From Nitrososphaera viennensis EN76 (GTDB lineage: Archaea; Thermoproteota; Nitrososphaeria; Nitrososphaerales; Nitrososphaeraceae): a DNA stretch of 32,000 bases. Under the pieces are notes generated by a model, which did not search any database, had not been told where the DNA came from, and worked only from the letters and a program-made list of their open reading frames with translations. The DNA is taken from the NCBI RefSeq assembly GCF_000698785.1, contig NZ_CP007536.1, positions 1,350,001 to 1,382,000 on the forward strand, in the 5' to 3' direction. The position numbers and the translations under genes were made by a program. The stretch's first letter is position 1. Each line of letters starts with the position of its first letter. Below, piece after piece: positions 1 through 7,912 of this stretch.

Positions 1-376
1 TGTACGCTGCGTTTATCCCCATCGTTCCCACAGGCACCCCGCGAGGCATTTGCGCTATGGAAAGGAAAGAATCCATGCCTCCATGCAAGGTGTCTCCTTT
101 TAGAGGAACCCCGATCACCGGTATGGTCGTAAGCGAAGCTATCATCCCGGGCAGGTGCGCTGACCCTTCCCCTGTGGCGATTATCACTTCAATTCCCCGG
201 GCATGGCATTCTGCCACGAACCTGATGGTTTTATGAGGGGACCTGTGTGCAGCCACTATGCGAGTTTCGCTTTTGATCCCAAAAGAGTCAAGAGCGACAG
301 TCGCGTCTTTCACCTGCTCAAGCAGCCGGGGAGATGGCGAAACTACAGACACAAGTGGTCGTTTTTCATGCATCAT
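1..376 (-). CDS. purE: N5-carboxyaminoimidazole ribonucleotide mutase (PurE), N-terminal part; runs off the window start
   Basis: Reverse-strand translation from the ATG at 376-374 gives MMHEKRPLVSVVSP...IVAAHRSPHK...GSAHLPGMIASLTTIPVIGVPLKG...MDSFLSIAQMPRGVPVGTMGI. These are the PurE AHR(S/T)P and AHLPG..PVIGVP motifs. There is no stop before position 1. The truncated ORF is absent from the ORF track, and track ORF 203..565(+) is its antisense shadow. Confidence 0.8.
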   Translation of the reverse strand, partial: MMHEKRPLVSVVSPSPRLLEQVKDATVALDSFGIKSETRIVAAHRSPHKTIRFVAECHARGIEVIIATGEGSAHLPGMIASLTTIPVIGVPLKGDTLHGGMDSFLSIAQMPRGVPVGTMGINAAY

Positions 377-605
377 ATACATTTTGCAAAATTAGGACAC
401 GAAGTATTAAGCCTAGTTGACATAGCGGGAGAAAAATCGCATAAATGGAATTATGGTCAGTTGTGTATTATAATAACGGCCGCCCAGAGAACGGTCCATG
501 AATCAGCGAAATGGAATATTTTCATATATACTAACTTTTTCAAAAATTATGATATTTACTTATAAACATTCATCGCCGAACTACCCCTAATGGTGAGGTC
601 CTGCA

Positions 606-2039
606 ATGAAGAAATCATCGCTCTATAATCCCAAGCTGACAATCAAGGACTTTGCAGAGCTTGTTTCTTCGCAAAGCATTTCGTGCGAGGAACTTACGGA
701 GATAACGCTGGACAGGATCATGAAGCTGAACCCAAAGCTGAATGGCTTCATAACGATTCTGGAAGACTCGGCCAGGCGTGACGCCAGGGATGCAGATGCC
801 TTGATCAGACAGGGCAAGTACAAGGGGCCGCTCCATGGTATACCCATAAGCCTCAAGGACCTCATCTATATGAAGGGCGCTAGGAGTACGAGCGGTTCCA
901 AGATACTTGCGGATTTTGTGCCGGATTATGATTCAACAGTGGTGAGGAAGCTGAAGGAAGCCGGCGCAATAATAGTCGGGATGAACAACACCCACGAGTT
1001 TGCCTGTGGGATAACCAACATCAACCCGCACTACGGACCTTCAAAGAACCCCTGGGATGACAGCAGGATGTCCGGTGGCTCAAGCGGCGGCTCTGCAGTG
1101 GCAGTCAGCGCCGGCATGTCACTGGCGTCTATAGGCACCGACACTAGCGGTTCAATCAGAGTGCCGTCTTCCCTTTGTGGCGTATTTGGGCTCAAGCCCA
1201 CCTATGGTCGTGTGAGCAAGTACGGGGTAATGCCCCTTGCCCCATCAATAGACCATATCGGTCCAATATGCAGGAGCCCGTGGGACATTGCAGCAGTCAT
1301 GCAGCATATCGCAGGGTACGACAGCCATGACCCCGACAGTGCTAACGCACCTGTTCCCAGCTACACAGATGAAGTGGAAAAGACACAGGGGAAATTCCGC
1401 CTTGGCATCCCCAAGCAATTCTTCTTTGACATCATGGATCCAAAGGTCAAGCATGTATTCGACAGCTTTGTAGAAAGGGCGGAAAGCTACCAGATATCAT
1501 CATCTCGCGTCGACGTTGACGAGACCGACAAGATATACGAGACATGGCGGGCCATAAGGCTGGGCGAATCGGCTACAACCCACAGCGAATGGCTCCGGAC
1601 GCGGCATGACGACTATGGAAAGGATGTCGTAAAGATGCTTGATGATGGCCTCAAGATAACGGCTGTGCATTACATTAGCGCGCACAGGTGGCGCCAAGAA
1701 ATAAGAGAGGCCATCCTCAGAGCCATGAAGCCATATGACGCATTGCTTGTACCCACCACTGCAATTGCAGCTCCCCTGCTGAACCAGAGTACCGTGCACC
1801 TCGATGGCAAGGATATCGAGGTATACCCTGTCCTGAGCAGGCTGACCACGGTATTTGACGTGACTGGCCTCCCTGCGCTCAACGTTCCCGCCGGCTTGGT
1901 AGACAACAGGCTGCCGGTGGGCGTCCAGCTTGTTGGAAGGCCGTTTGACGAAGCGCGACTTCTCCAGATCGCAGAAAGGTACGATCAGCAATACCACGTT
2001 TCAGAAGAGATGGTTCCGGCCCTTAACGTGACAATCTAG
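606..2039 (+). CDS. Amidase-signature family amidase (GatA-like)
   Basis: 477 aa with the amidase signature GGSSGGSAVAVSAGMSLASIGTDTSGSIRVPSSLCGVFGLKPTYGRVS and a typical length. Substrate cannot be assigned from sequence. Confidence 0.9.
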   Translation: MKKSSLYNPKLTIKDFAELVSSQSISCEELTEITLDRIMKLNPKLNGFITILEDSARRDARDADALIRQGKYKGPLHGIPISLKDLIYMKGARSTSGSKILADFVPDYDSTVVRKLKEAGAIIVGMNNTHEFACGITNINPHYGPSKNPWDDSRMSGGSSGGSAVAVSAGMSLASIGTDTSGSIRVPSSLCGVFGLKPTYGRVSKYGVMPLAPSIDHIGPICRSPWDIAAVMQHIAGYDSHDPDSANAPVPSYTDEVEKTQGKFRLGIPKQFFFDIMDPKVKHVFDSFVERAESYQISSSRVDVDETDKIYETWRAIRLGESATTHSEWLRTRHDDYGKDVVKMLDDGLKITAVHYISAHRWRQEIREAILRAMKPYDALLVPTTAIAAPLLNQSTVHLDGKDIEVYPVLSRLTTVFDVTGLPALNVPAGLVDNRLPVGVQLVGRPFDEARLLQIAERYDQQYHVSEEMVPALNVTI

Positions 2040-2285
2040 CTAGCCTGACTGCTTTTTCAACTTTTCATTTACGGAATAAACGGCGAAGCTGGCAAGAACT
2101 GCCACAGCGGCTGCCAGCACCCAGACCTCCTTGAGCGTCACGAGGTTTACCACCACAAACATTGCGGCAAGCGCGGCAATATTGATTATTATCAGCCGTC
2201 GCTTCATCTTTGGCCTGCCGCGTTCTGGAAGCATGTAAGAATTTGAGATAATCGGGTTTAAGCTTAGTTCACATGCCATGCGCAA
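2040..2285 (-). CDS. Small hydrophobic membrane protein (hypothetical); the more likely start is the ATG at 2207
   Basis: From the internal Met the ORF reads MKRRLIIINIAALAAMFVVVNLVTLKEVWVLAAAVAVLASFAVYSV, giving two predicted TM helices. It lies directly downstream of the binding-protein gene on the same strand. No family was recognised. Confidence 0.4.
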   Translation of the reverse strand: MRMACELSLNPIISNSYMLPERGRPKMKRRLIIINIAALAAMFVVVNLVTLKEVWVLAAAVAVLASFAVYSVNEKLKKQSG

Positions 2286-2327
2286 AATTGCATGTCACAA
2301 AAGAGCAGTTAATAAAAAGAAGGAAGG

Positions 2328-3785
2328 CTAGAGCCTTCCAAGTCCTATCGAGCTTCCCCTAAAGCGGGCAAGCCCGATTATCGCGACGAGCGAGGCTGCA
2401 AGCAACAAGGCCGCCATCACGCCGAATTCAGGCACGACGTTTGTGCCATAAACATCAACCGACGTGCTGCCGTCAGGCACGGTGAACTTGATGTGCGTCT
2501 CGGCGTCCGTAGAGCTGATGGTTACAAACTGCACATCCGTGCTTCCCGCTTTTACCATGGATATGCCGCTTATCATGCTAGTTGGCAGCTTTAGCTCCAC
2601 GTCTCCTCCCTTGTCGAACTTGACATTCACCGACTTGTTGTTAGGGTTTACCGTGACGCTCGTCACCTTGCTTTGCGGAGATATTCCGGTCACGCTATAG
2701 CTCGTGCCGTCGAGCTGAACAGTCACGCCGATGTCGCTTGTTGCCGCGTACCTTTCCGGCACGGCTATTTTCTTGTCTATCACGTCTTGCGTCAGTTGCG
2801 ACAGCCGTGCTTTCACGTCTGCAGGCACCTTGCCGTCTAGGCTGTGGAACGGCGCCAGGTACACGATGCCGTCGCCCGGACCTCCTTTCTCGGCCTCTAT
2901 GCCGGGCTTGAACACCTTGCCTTCAAACTTGTCCTGCAGGACCATCTGCACGGCCTGGTCAAACGCCTTGTCTATGTCAAGCACGAATGACGTCAGCACG
3001 GTGTCCGGCGCCAGCCGGTTCTGGTCTGCAACTGCGCCAAACGCGTAAATCCCCTTTTCCTTGGCAGCCTCTATGACGCCGTGGCCCGACGTGTCTGCCA
3101 CATGGAACAAAAAGTCTGCACCGGCGTTAACTTGCGCTAGGCCTGCTTCTTTGCCCTTGGCAGGGTTGTCCCAGTCGCCCAGATAGGTTCCAATTACCTT
3201 GATGTTAGGATTGACATAGTGTGCGCCTTGCTTGTAACCCTCAAAGAGGTTGATGAGGTTCGGGTACTGATCCCCGCCTACATAGGCTATGGTGCCGGTC
3301 TTGTCCATGGTGGCAGCCAGCGCGCCCAGCAGGAACGTGCCTTCCTGCTGCATCGGGAAGATGGAGGCCACGTTCTGCGAGCTGACAAGTCCGGTGAACA
3401 CCACGAACTTGGTGTTTGGATAGTCCTTGCCCACCTTGACTGCCGGGTCTCCCCACTGGAACCCGTGCGCGATTATCAGGTCGTAGCCGTCATTCGCGTA
3501 CTGCCTTAATGTAGCTTCAATGTCCGGTATTGCAATGTTTTCAGCATAAGCCAGCTTGTACCCGTACTTACTCTCCAACAGTTTGCCTGCACTGTACGCA
3601 GTCGCCCCCCACCCTCCGTCGCTGAAAAGGGCGTCCGTGACGAGCGCTATCTTTAGCTGCTTTCCGCTACTCTGTGCAAAAGCTGTCTGCTGCACGGGAG
3701 CAACCAGCGCCAATGACATCAACACTACAGCCACCGCCGCTGCAATAGCCGTGGTCGATGTCAGTCGTTTGAAACAGGATTTCAT
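2328..3785 (-). CDS. BMP/PnrA-family ABC transporter substrate-binding protein with a C-terminal extra domain and PEFG-CTERM anchor
   Basis: The signal peptide ends ...TAFA/QSS. The type-I PBP core has BMP motifs (KIALVTDALFSDGGWG, GTIAYVGGDQ, FGAVADQN). Residues about 351-448 form a Ser/Thr/Val-rich region. The C-terminus is VVPEFGVMAALLLAASLVAIIGLARFRG, that is PEFG, a TM helix and a basic tail. Confidence 0.9.
   Translation of the reverse strand: MKSCFKRLTSTTAIAAAVAVVLMSLALVAPVQQTAFAQSSGKQLKIALVTDALFSDGGWGATAYSAGKLLESKYGYKLAYAENIAIPDIEATLRQYANDGYDLIIAHGFQWGDPAVKVGKDYPNTKFVVFTGLVSSQNVASIFPMQQEGTFLLGALAATMDKTGTIAYVGGDQYPNLINLFEGYKQGAHYVNPNIKVIGTYLGDWDNPAKGKEAGLAQVNAGADFLFHVADTSGHGVIEAAKEKGIYAFGAVADQNRLAPDTVLTSFVLDIDKAFDQAVQMVLQDKFEGKVFKPGIEAEKGGPGDGIVYLAPFHSLDGKVPADVKARLSQLTQDVIDKKIAVPERYAATSDIGVTVQLDGTSYSVTGISPQSKVTSVTVNPNNKSVNVKFDKGGDVELKLPTSMISGISMVKAGSTDVQFVTISSTDAETHIKFTVPDGSTSVDVYGTNVVPEFGVMAALLLAASLVAIIGLARFRGSSIGLGRL
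2827..3095. repeat. Block A: 269-bp perfect inverted repeat of 11404..11672
   Basis: Base-by-base comparison of 2827..3095 with the reverse complement of 11404..11672 found no mismatch (position x pairs with 14499-x). The first mismatches lie immediately outside both ends. Confidence 0.9.
3319..3664. repeat. Block B: 346-bp perfect inverted repeat of 11801..12146
   Basis: Base-by-base comparison of 3319..3664 with the reverse complement of 11801..12146 found no mismatch (position x pairs with 15465-x). The offset differs from block A by 966 nt, so the order of the blocks is swapped between the two loci. Confidence 0.9.
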
Positions 3786-3807
3786 ACCGAGAAGGTCATC
3801 GGTAAAT

Positions 3808-3855
3808 TATTATACTTTCTTACGTTATCTTGCAAAACTAATGATATATCATAAA
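3808..3855 (-). promoter_or_regulatory. Promoter/operator element upstream of the binding-protein gene, shared with 7613..7660
   Basis: On the + strand it reads TATTATACTTT-N25-ATATATCATAAA. The gene-proximal AT box (3808-3818) lies 23-33 nt upstream of the ATG at 3785. The ungapped alignment with 7613..7660 is identical at 37 of 48 positions, with identical spacing. Confidence 0.55.
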
Positions 3856-3988
3856 ATACACGCAAATCATATAGCACTGGTTGGCAGAAACCAAGATTTT
3901 TAGAACTGTCCAGTCACTTTCAAATTTCTTTCAGGTTACGGTTGCTTGCGGTTGAATTTTCTGTGTAGCTAGGCCGCCATGACGGCCG

Positions 3989-4924
3989 TCACCTTTGTCC
4001 CCTCTTGTACGGGATGGCCAGCGCGGCAGGCGCGCCGGTCTTCTTGTACATTCCGGCAAGGACTGCAATCGGGATCAGGTATGGAAGCATCAGGAGGAAC
4101 TGGAACGGCACCTGCACCCCTGTGGCCTGCAGCCCGAGCTGGAACGAGTCGACCATGCCGAATATGAATGCGCCGAGGGTAATCCAGTACGCCTTCCACC
4201 TCCCGAATATCACCAGCGCAAGTGCAATCCACCCGGCTCCCCCCGTGACGTTTTCAAGGAAATAGCCAGTCTGGACAAGCGAAAAGTAGGCGCCGCCTAC
4301 TCCTGCCAGGGCCCCTCCGATTATCAGTGTCAGGTAGCGTATGCGGTAAACGTTGACGCCGAGGGTGTCTGCCTGTTTTGGGTTCTCCCCGACCGTCCTT
4401 ATCTTGAGGCCCAGCTTTGTCTTGAAGATGAAATAATGAGTCAGGGGCACCAGCAGAAACGCAATGTATACGAGCGGGTCGTGGTTGAACAGAACAGGCC
4501 CGATGCCCGGAAGGTTCGAGAGCCCGGGTATGTCGATTTTTGGCATGAGTTCTACGCTTGGGGCGACTGTGCGGACGCCAAAAGCGAGCCTGTAGAGCAG
4601 CGCGGCAAGCCCTGTTCCAAGCAGCCATATTGCCAAGCCGGCTGCAAGCTGGTTGGTCCGGATGGTGATGCTCATGAACCCCATGAGGATCGCAAGGGCT
4701 GCCGCTCCTACGATTGCCATCAGGATTCCGACGACATAGTTCCCGGTCAGGTACGTGCCCATGAAGCCGGTAAATGCGCCAATCAGCATCATCCCCTCAA
4801 CCCCCAGGTTCAAAACGCCAGAGCGCTCTGCAATCTTTTCACCCAGCGCGGCAAAGAGGATGGGAATGCTCAGACGGATGCCCGATACTATGATGCCGAT
4901 GATAATCGCCTCTTCGCCGGCCAT
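3989..4924 (-). CDS. ABC transporter permease (BMP/nucleoside-type importer)
   Basis: 311 aa and polytopic. Its start overlaps the upstream permease stop by 1 nt (TAATG). Confidence 0.9.
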   Translation of the reverse strand: MAGEEAIIIGIIVSGIRLSIPILFAALGEKIAERSGVLNLGVEGMMLIGAFTGFMGTYLTGNYVVGILMAIVGAAALAILMGFMSITIRTNQLAAGLAIWLLGTGLAALLYRLAFGVRTVAPSVELMPKIDIPGLSNLPGIGPVLFNHDPLVYIAFLLVPLTHYFIFKTKLGLKIRTVGENPKQADTLGVNVYRIRYLTLIIGGALAGVGGAYFSLVQTGYFLENVTGGAGWIALALVIFGRWKAYWITLGAFIFGMVDSFQLGLQATGVQVPFQFLLMLPYLIPIAVLAGMYKKTGAPAALAIPYKRGQR

Positions 4925-5991
4925 TAGCGCGCACCCCCCTTTTTCCTCATGCCAAGCCAGATTACAAATAGCTCGCCGACCAGCACGAACACAAGCACAA
5001 GGGCTTGCAGCGTCATGGAAAACGCGCTGGGCACACCGATGCTCCTGTACATGGTTTCAGAGCCTGTCATCAGGGCAGAGAAAAAGAAGGCCACTATGGC
5101 CACACCCAACGGATGCTGCCTTCCAAGTAGGGCTATTATGACGGCCACAAAGCCATAACCGGGCGAGATCCCCTCTATCAGGATATGCTGCACGCCAGAA
5201 ACGAGCAGGCCGCCGGCAATCCCGGCCAGGCCGCCGCTTATGCCCAGCGTGATGAAAACGCTCTTTGTGATGTTCATCCCGGCATAGCGTGCCGCCTTGA
5301 TGTTTGCGCCGACGCTCCTTATCTCGAATCCTATCTTGGTCTTCCAGAGGTAGTAGACCCCGACAGTCGCAAGGGCGGCTATGAAAATGCCGGCATGAAG
5401 GCGCGTGCCGGGAAAAACTATTGGCATCTGTGACGCGTCGGATATTTCCGGGGAGTACGGGTTAAAGCCGGGCGCCTTGATCGGCCCGTGCAGCAGGAAC
5501 GATATAAAGAGGAGCGCGACAAAGTTCAGGAGCACGGTCGAGATGACCTCGTTCACGCCGAACTTGACCTTGAGGGCGGCCGGGACAAGGGCATAGAGCG
5601 CGCCGAAAATAAAACTCAGGACGATTGCGGCAAGGATAGCAAGGCCAGGGACCGAGCCCAAAAGAGAGATCCCGACAAGGGTGCCTCCGAGGGCGCCCAT
5701 GTACAGCTGGCCCTCCGCCCCGATGTTCCATTGCCTGCACTTGAACGCAACAGAGACGGCCAGCCCGGTCAAGAGAAGCGAAATGGTCTTTAGCATCACA
5801 TCCCCAAACCCGAAGACATTGCCAAAGGCCCCCTGGAACATTATGGCATAAGCCTTTCCGACATCCACGCCGGTGGAGCCCAGTATGATGGCGCCCACGA
5901 CAAAAGCCAGGCTTGCGGACAGGAAAGGAACAAAGAACTTGACGTCTCTGACCTTCTCCCGCGTCTGATAGAATATGCTTGCGACGCTCAT
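4924..5991 (-). CDS. ABC transporter permease (BMP/nucleoside-type importer)
   Basis: 355 aa and polytopic. It has an ATGA start/stop overlap with the ATPase gene at 5988-5991. Confidence 0.9.
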   Translation of the reverse strand: MSVASIFYQTREKVRDVKFFVPFLSASLAFVVGAIILGSTGVDVGKAYAIMFQGAFGNVFGFGDVMLKTISLLLTGLAVSVAFKCRQWNIGAEGQLYMGALGGTLVGISLLGSVPGLAILAAIVLSFIFGALYALVPAALKVKFGVNEVISTVLLNFVALLFISFLLHGPIKAPGFNPYSPEISDASQMPIVFPGTRLHAGIFIAALATVGVYYLWKTKIGFEIRSVGANIKAARYAGMNITKSVFITLGISGGLAGIAGGLLVSGVQHILIEGISPGYGFVAVIIALLGRQHPLGVAIVAFFFSALMTGSETMYRSIGVPSAFSMTLQALVLVFVLVGELFVIWLGMRKKGGAR

Positions 5992-7523
5992 ACCGTCCCC
6001 TCCTTCGGGATTGCCTTTCTGCCCCCCATCAACAGGCCGAGGTAATCCACGTCGGCGTCCTTTCTGTCCACCACGTCCATTATCTTGCCTTCGTAAATCA
6101 CGGCAATGCGGTCGCAGACTGTCAGTATCTCGTCCAGGTCGAGCGAAATCATCAGGACGCCCACGCCGTTGTCGCGCTGTTTCACCAGCTGCTTGTGGAT
6201 GTATTCTGTCGCGCCGATGTCAAGGCCTCTGGTCGGGTTGTGCACGACTAGAACCTTGGGATTTCTGGCAAGCTCCCTTGCCATCAGCACCTTTTGCAAG
6301 TTTCCGCCCGACATCGAGTTTACGGGGACGTTTATCCCTGCCGTCTTTACTTCAAAATCAGACACCACGTTTTGCGCGAACTTTTTCATCTTTTCCTGTT
6401 TCAGAAATATCCTGCCGGAGTATTCGCCTGTATACCACCTGTCCAGGATGAGGTTTTCGGCAATAGAGTACTCCAGAATGAGCCCCGTGTCAAGCCTGTC
6501 CTGCGGAACATAAGCAAGGCCCCATTCCCTGATCTTTCTTGGCGGCAGGTTTGCCACGGACTTTCCGTCCATGATTATTTCGCCGGCCTGCACCTTTCTC
6601 AGTCCTGCTATCACTTCGGCAAGCTCGGTCTGGCCGTTTCCGTCGACGCCGGCTATGCCAAGGATTTCCCCCTTGCGGAGCTCAAACGACAGGTCTTTCA
6701 GGTACATTATGTTCACGTTGTTGAGCGCCGAGATGTTTTTCAGCTGCAGGACAGCGCCCCGCCCGCCGGATGGCCGGGGTTCCATGCTCTCTATCACAGG
6801 GCGGCCGACCATCATCTTGGCAAGCTCGGTCTCGCTGGTTTCAGAGGTCTTGATGGTTCCGACCACCTTGCCGCCACGCAGCACAGTGACCCTCGTGCTT
6901 GCCTCCATGACTTCGTGGAGCTTGTGGGTGATGAATATTATGGAAAGCCCCTGCTTCACCATGGATTCAAGCGTTGCAAACAGCGCTTTTTCTTCCTGTG
7001 GGGTGAGCATACCTGTGGGCTCGTCAAGGATCAGGATGTCGACGTCCCTGTAGAGCGCCTTGATTATTTCGACGCGCTGCTGCTCCCCCACTGCCAGGTT
7101 GCCCACTATGGCCTTTGGGTCTACCTTGAGCCCGTACTTTTCAGACAGCTGGGTTATCTTTTTTTCAGCGCCTGCCAAGTCCAAGAACAGCCCCTTGGAC
7201 TTTAGGCCCACGATGACGTTTTCCGTGACGGTGTGCGGGAGCGTGAGCAGAAAGTGCTGGTGCACCATCGCAATCCCAAGCTCAAGGGCGTCGTTTGGCG
7301 ATTTAATGTCGGTTTTCTTTCCTTTCACGTAAACCTCGCCTGCCTGAGGCTGGTACAGCCCGTAAAGGATGCTCATGAGCGTGGACTTGCCGGCGCCGTT
7401 TTCTCCCAAGAGCGCATGAATCTCGCCTTTTGACAGCTCGAAATCGACGCTGTCGTTTGCCACCACGTCCCCGAACCTGATGGTGATCCCCTTCATCTGC
7501 ACGATAGGCTCGCCAGCAGTCAC
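5988..7523 (-). CDS. ABC transporter ATP-binding protein with two fused ATPase domains
   Basis: 511 aa with Walker A GENGAGKST, signature LAVGEQQRVEI and Walker B ILILDEPT. The second domain has GVDGNGQTEL, MSGGNLQKV and VLVVHNPTRGLD. The listed start is GTG at 7523; the ATG at 7496 (MKGITIRFG) is an alternative. Confidence 0.9.
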   Translation of the reverse strand: MTAGEPIVQMKGITIRFGDVVANDSVDFELSKGEIHALLGENGAGKSTLMSILYGLYQPQAGEVYVKGKKTDIKSPNDALELGIAMVHQHFLLTLPHTVTENVIVGLKSKGLFLDLAGAEKKITQLSEKYGLKVDPKAIVGNLAVGEQQRVEIIKALYRDVDILILDEPTGMLTPQEEKALFATLESMVKQGLSIIFITHKLHEVMEASTRVTVLRGGKVVGTIKTSETSETELAKMMVGRPVIESMEPRPSGGRGAVLQLKNISALNNVNIMYLKDLSFELRKGEILGIAGVDGNGQTELAEVIAGLRKVQAGEIIMDGKSVANLPPRKIREWGLAYVPQDRLDTGLILEYSIAENLILDRWYTGEYSGRIFLKQEKMKKFAQNVVSDFEVKTAGINVPVNSMSGGNLQKVLMARELARNPKVLVVHNPTRGLDIGATEYIHKQLVKQRDNGVGVLMISLDLDEILTVCDRIAVIYEGKIMDVVDRKDADVDYLGLLMGGRKAIPKEGTV

Positions 7524-7612
7524 GGAAGGTCGGGCCCCGCTGTTGCAGGCATGCCGCCTTCCTGCCGCCGGGCAGAACTATTTGGCAACAGCAAAATGTA
7601 TCTGCGTGAAAG

Positions 7613-7660
7613 TATTATACTTTGGTACATCTTCTCAAAATAATAATCATATATCATAAA
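7613..7660 (-). promoter_or_regulatory. Promoter/operator element upstream of the ATPase-permease operon, shared with 3808..3855
   Basis: It has the same TATTATACTTT-N25-ATATATCATAAA architecture, located 90-137 nt upstream of the GTG at 7523. Confidence 0.5.
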
Positions 7661-7797
7661 GTTCCAAATAATGCATAGACTGTTCCGAGGAAAGTTGCAG
7701 GAATTTCCTCTTTCCACCTGCAACATGAACATATCGCAAGGTGACGTGGTAAAAGTCGCATGAAAGCCCAAGCGATCATGAAGATATTTGCTGTTTG

Positions 7798-7813
7798 CAG
7801 GCGCGCCCGCCTG
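7798..7813. promoter_or_regulatory. GC-rich inverted repeat CAGGCG-cgcc-CGCCTG (candidate operator half of a pair)
   Basis: It shares the 10-mer CAGGCGCGCC with 7884..7893. It stands out in an otherwise AT-rich divergent intergenic region. Confidence 0.4.
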
Positions 7814-7865
7814 TATCACAGATTTTCAATAAAATTATTTATGCCCTGGCGGGCAAATTTTTTGA

Positions 7866-7880
7866 TTTATACTTAAATAT
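7866..7880 (+). promoter_or_regulatory. TATA-like box for the fdrA operon
   Basis: TTTATACTTAAATAT lies 33-47 nt upstream of the fdrA ATG (7913). Confidence 0.4.
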
Positions 7881-7883
7881 TCA

Positions 7884-7895
7884 CAGGCGCGCCTG
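7884..7895. promoter_or_regulatory. Perfect 12-bp palindrome CAGGCGCGCCTG between the TATA-like box and the fdrA start (candidate operator)
   Basis: The sequence is self-complementary. It sits where archaeal repressors typically occlude the transcription start. Confidence 0.45.
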
Positions 7896-7912
7896 AACTT
7901 GGCGCAAGATGC

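Noticed and set aside
203-565. 120-aa + strand ORF
   Set aside because: Its first half is antisense to the purE coding sequence. The rest runs through AT-rich promoter DNA.
3995-4927. 310-aa ORF on the + strand, plus 4005..4265, 4254..4628 and 4755..5141
   Set aside because: It is fully antisense to a well-supported permease gene. The translation is Arg/Gly/Pro/Cys/His-rich low-complexity sequence typical of shadow ORFs in GC-rich coding DNA.
6294-7205. 303-aa + strand ORF, and other + strand ORFs between 5975 and 7433
   Set aside because: They are antisense to the ABC ATPase gene, which has unambiguous Walker and signature motifs. No motifs or plausible composition were seen.
7520-7819. 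99-aa reverse-strand ORF in the divergent intergenic region
   Set aside because: It spans AT-rich promoter sequence carrying the conserved regulatory module. Its composition is odd (runs of I/Y/F/N) and it has no supporting signals.
7800-7893. Two GGCGCGCC (AscI-like) sites 86 bp apart as possible cloning scars of an engineered construct
   Set aside because: No other vector-like features are present. The sites are parts of longer palindromes positioned like operators, and related GC-rich 9-mers occur in native coding sequence. A natural regulatory role is more parsimonious, though this cannot be proven here.
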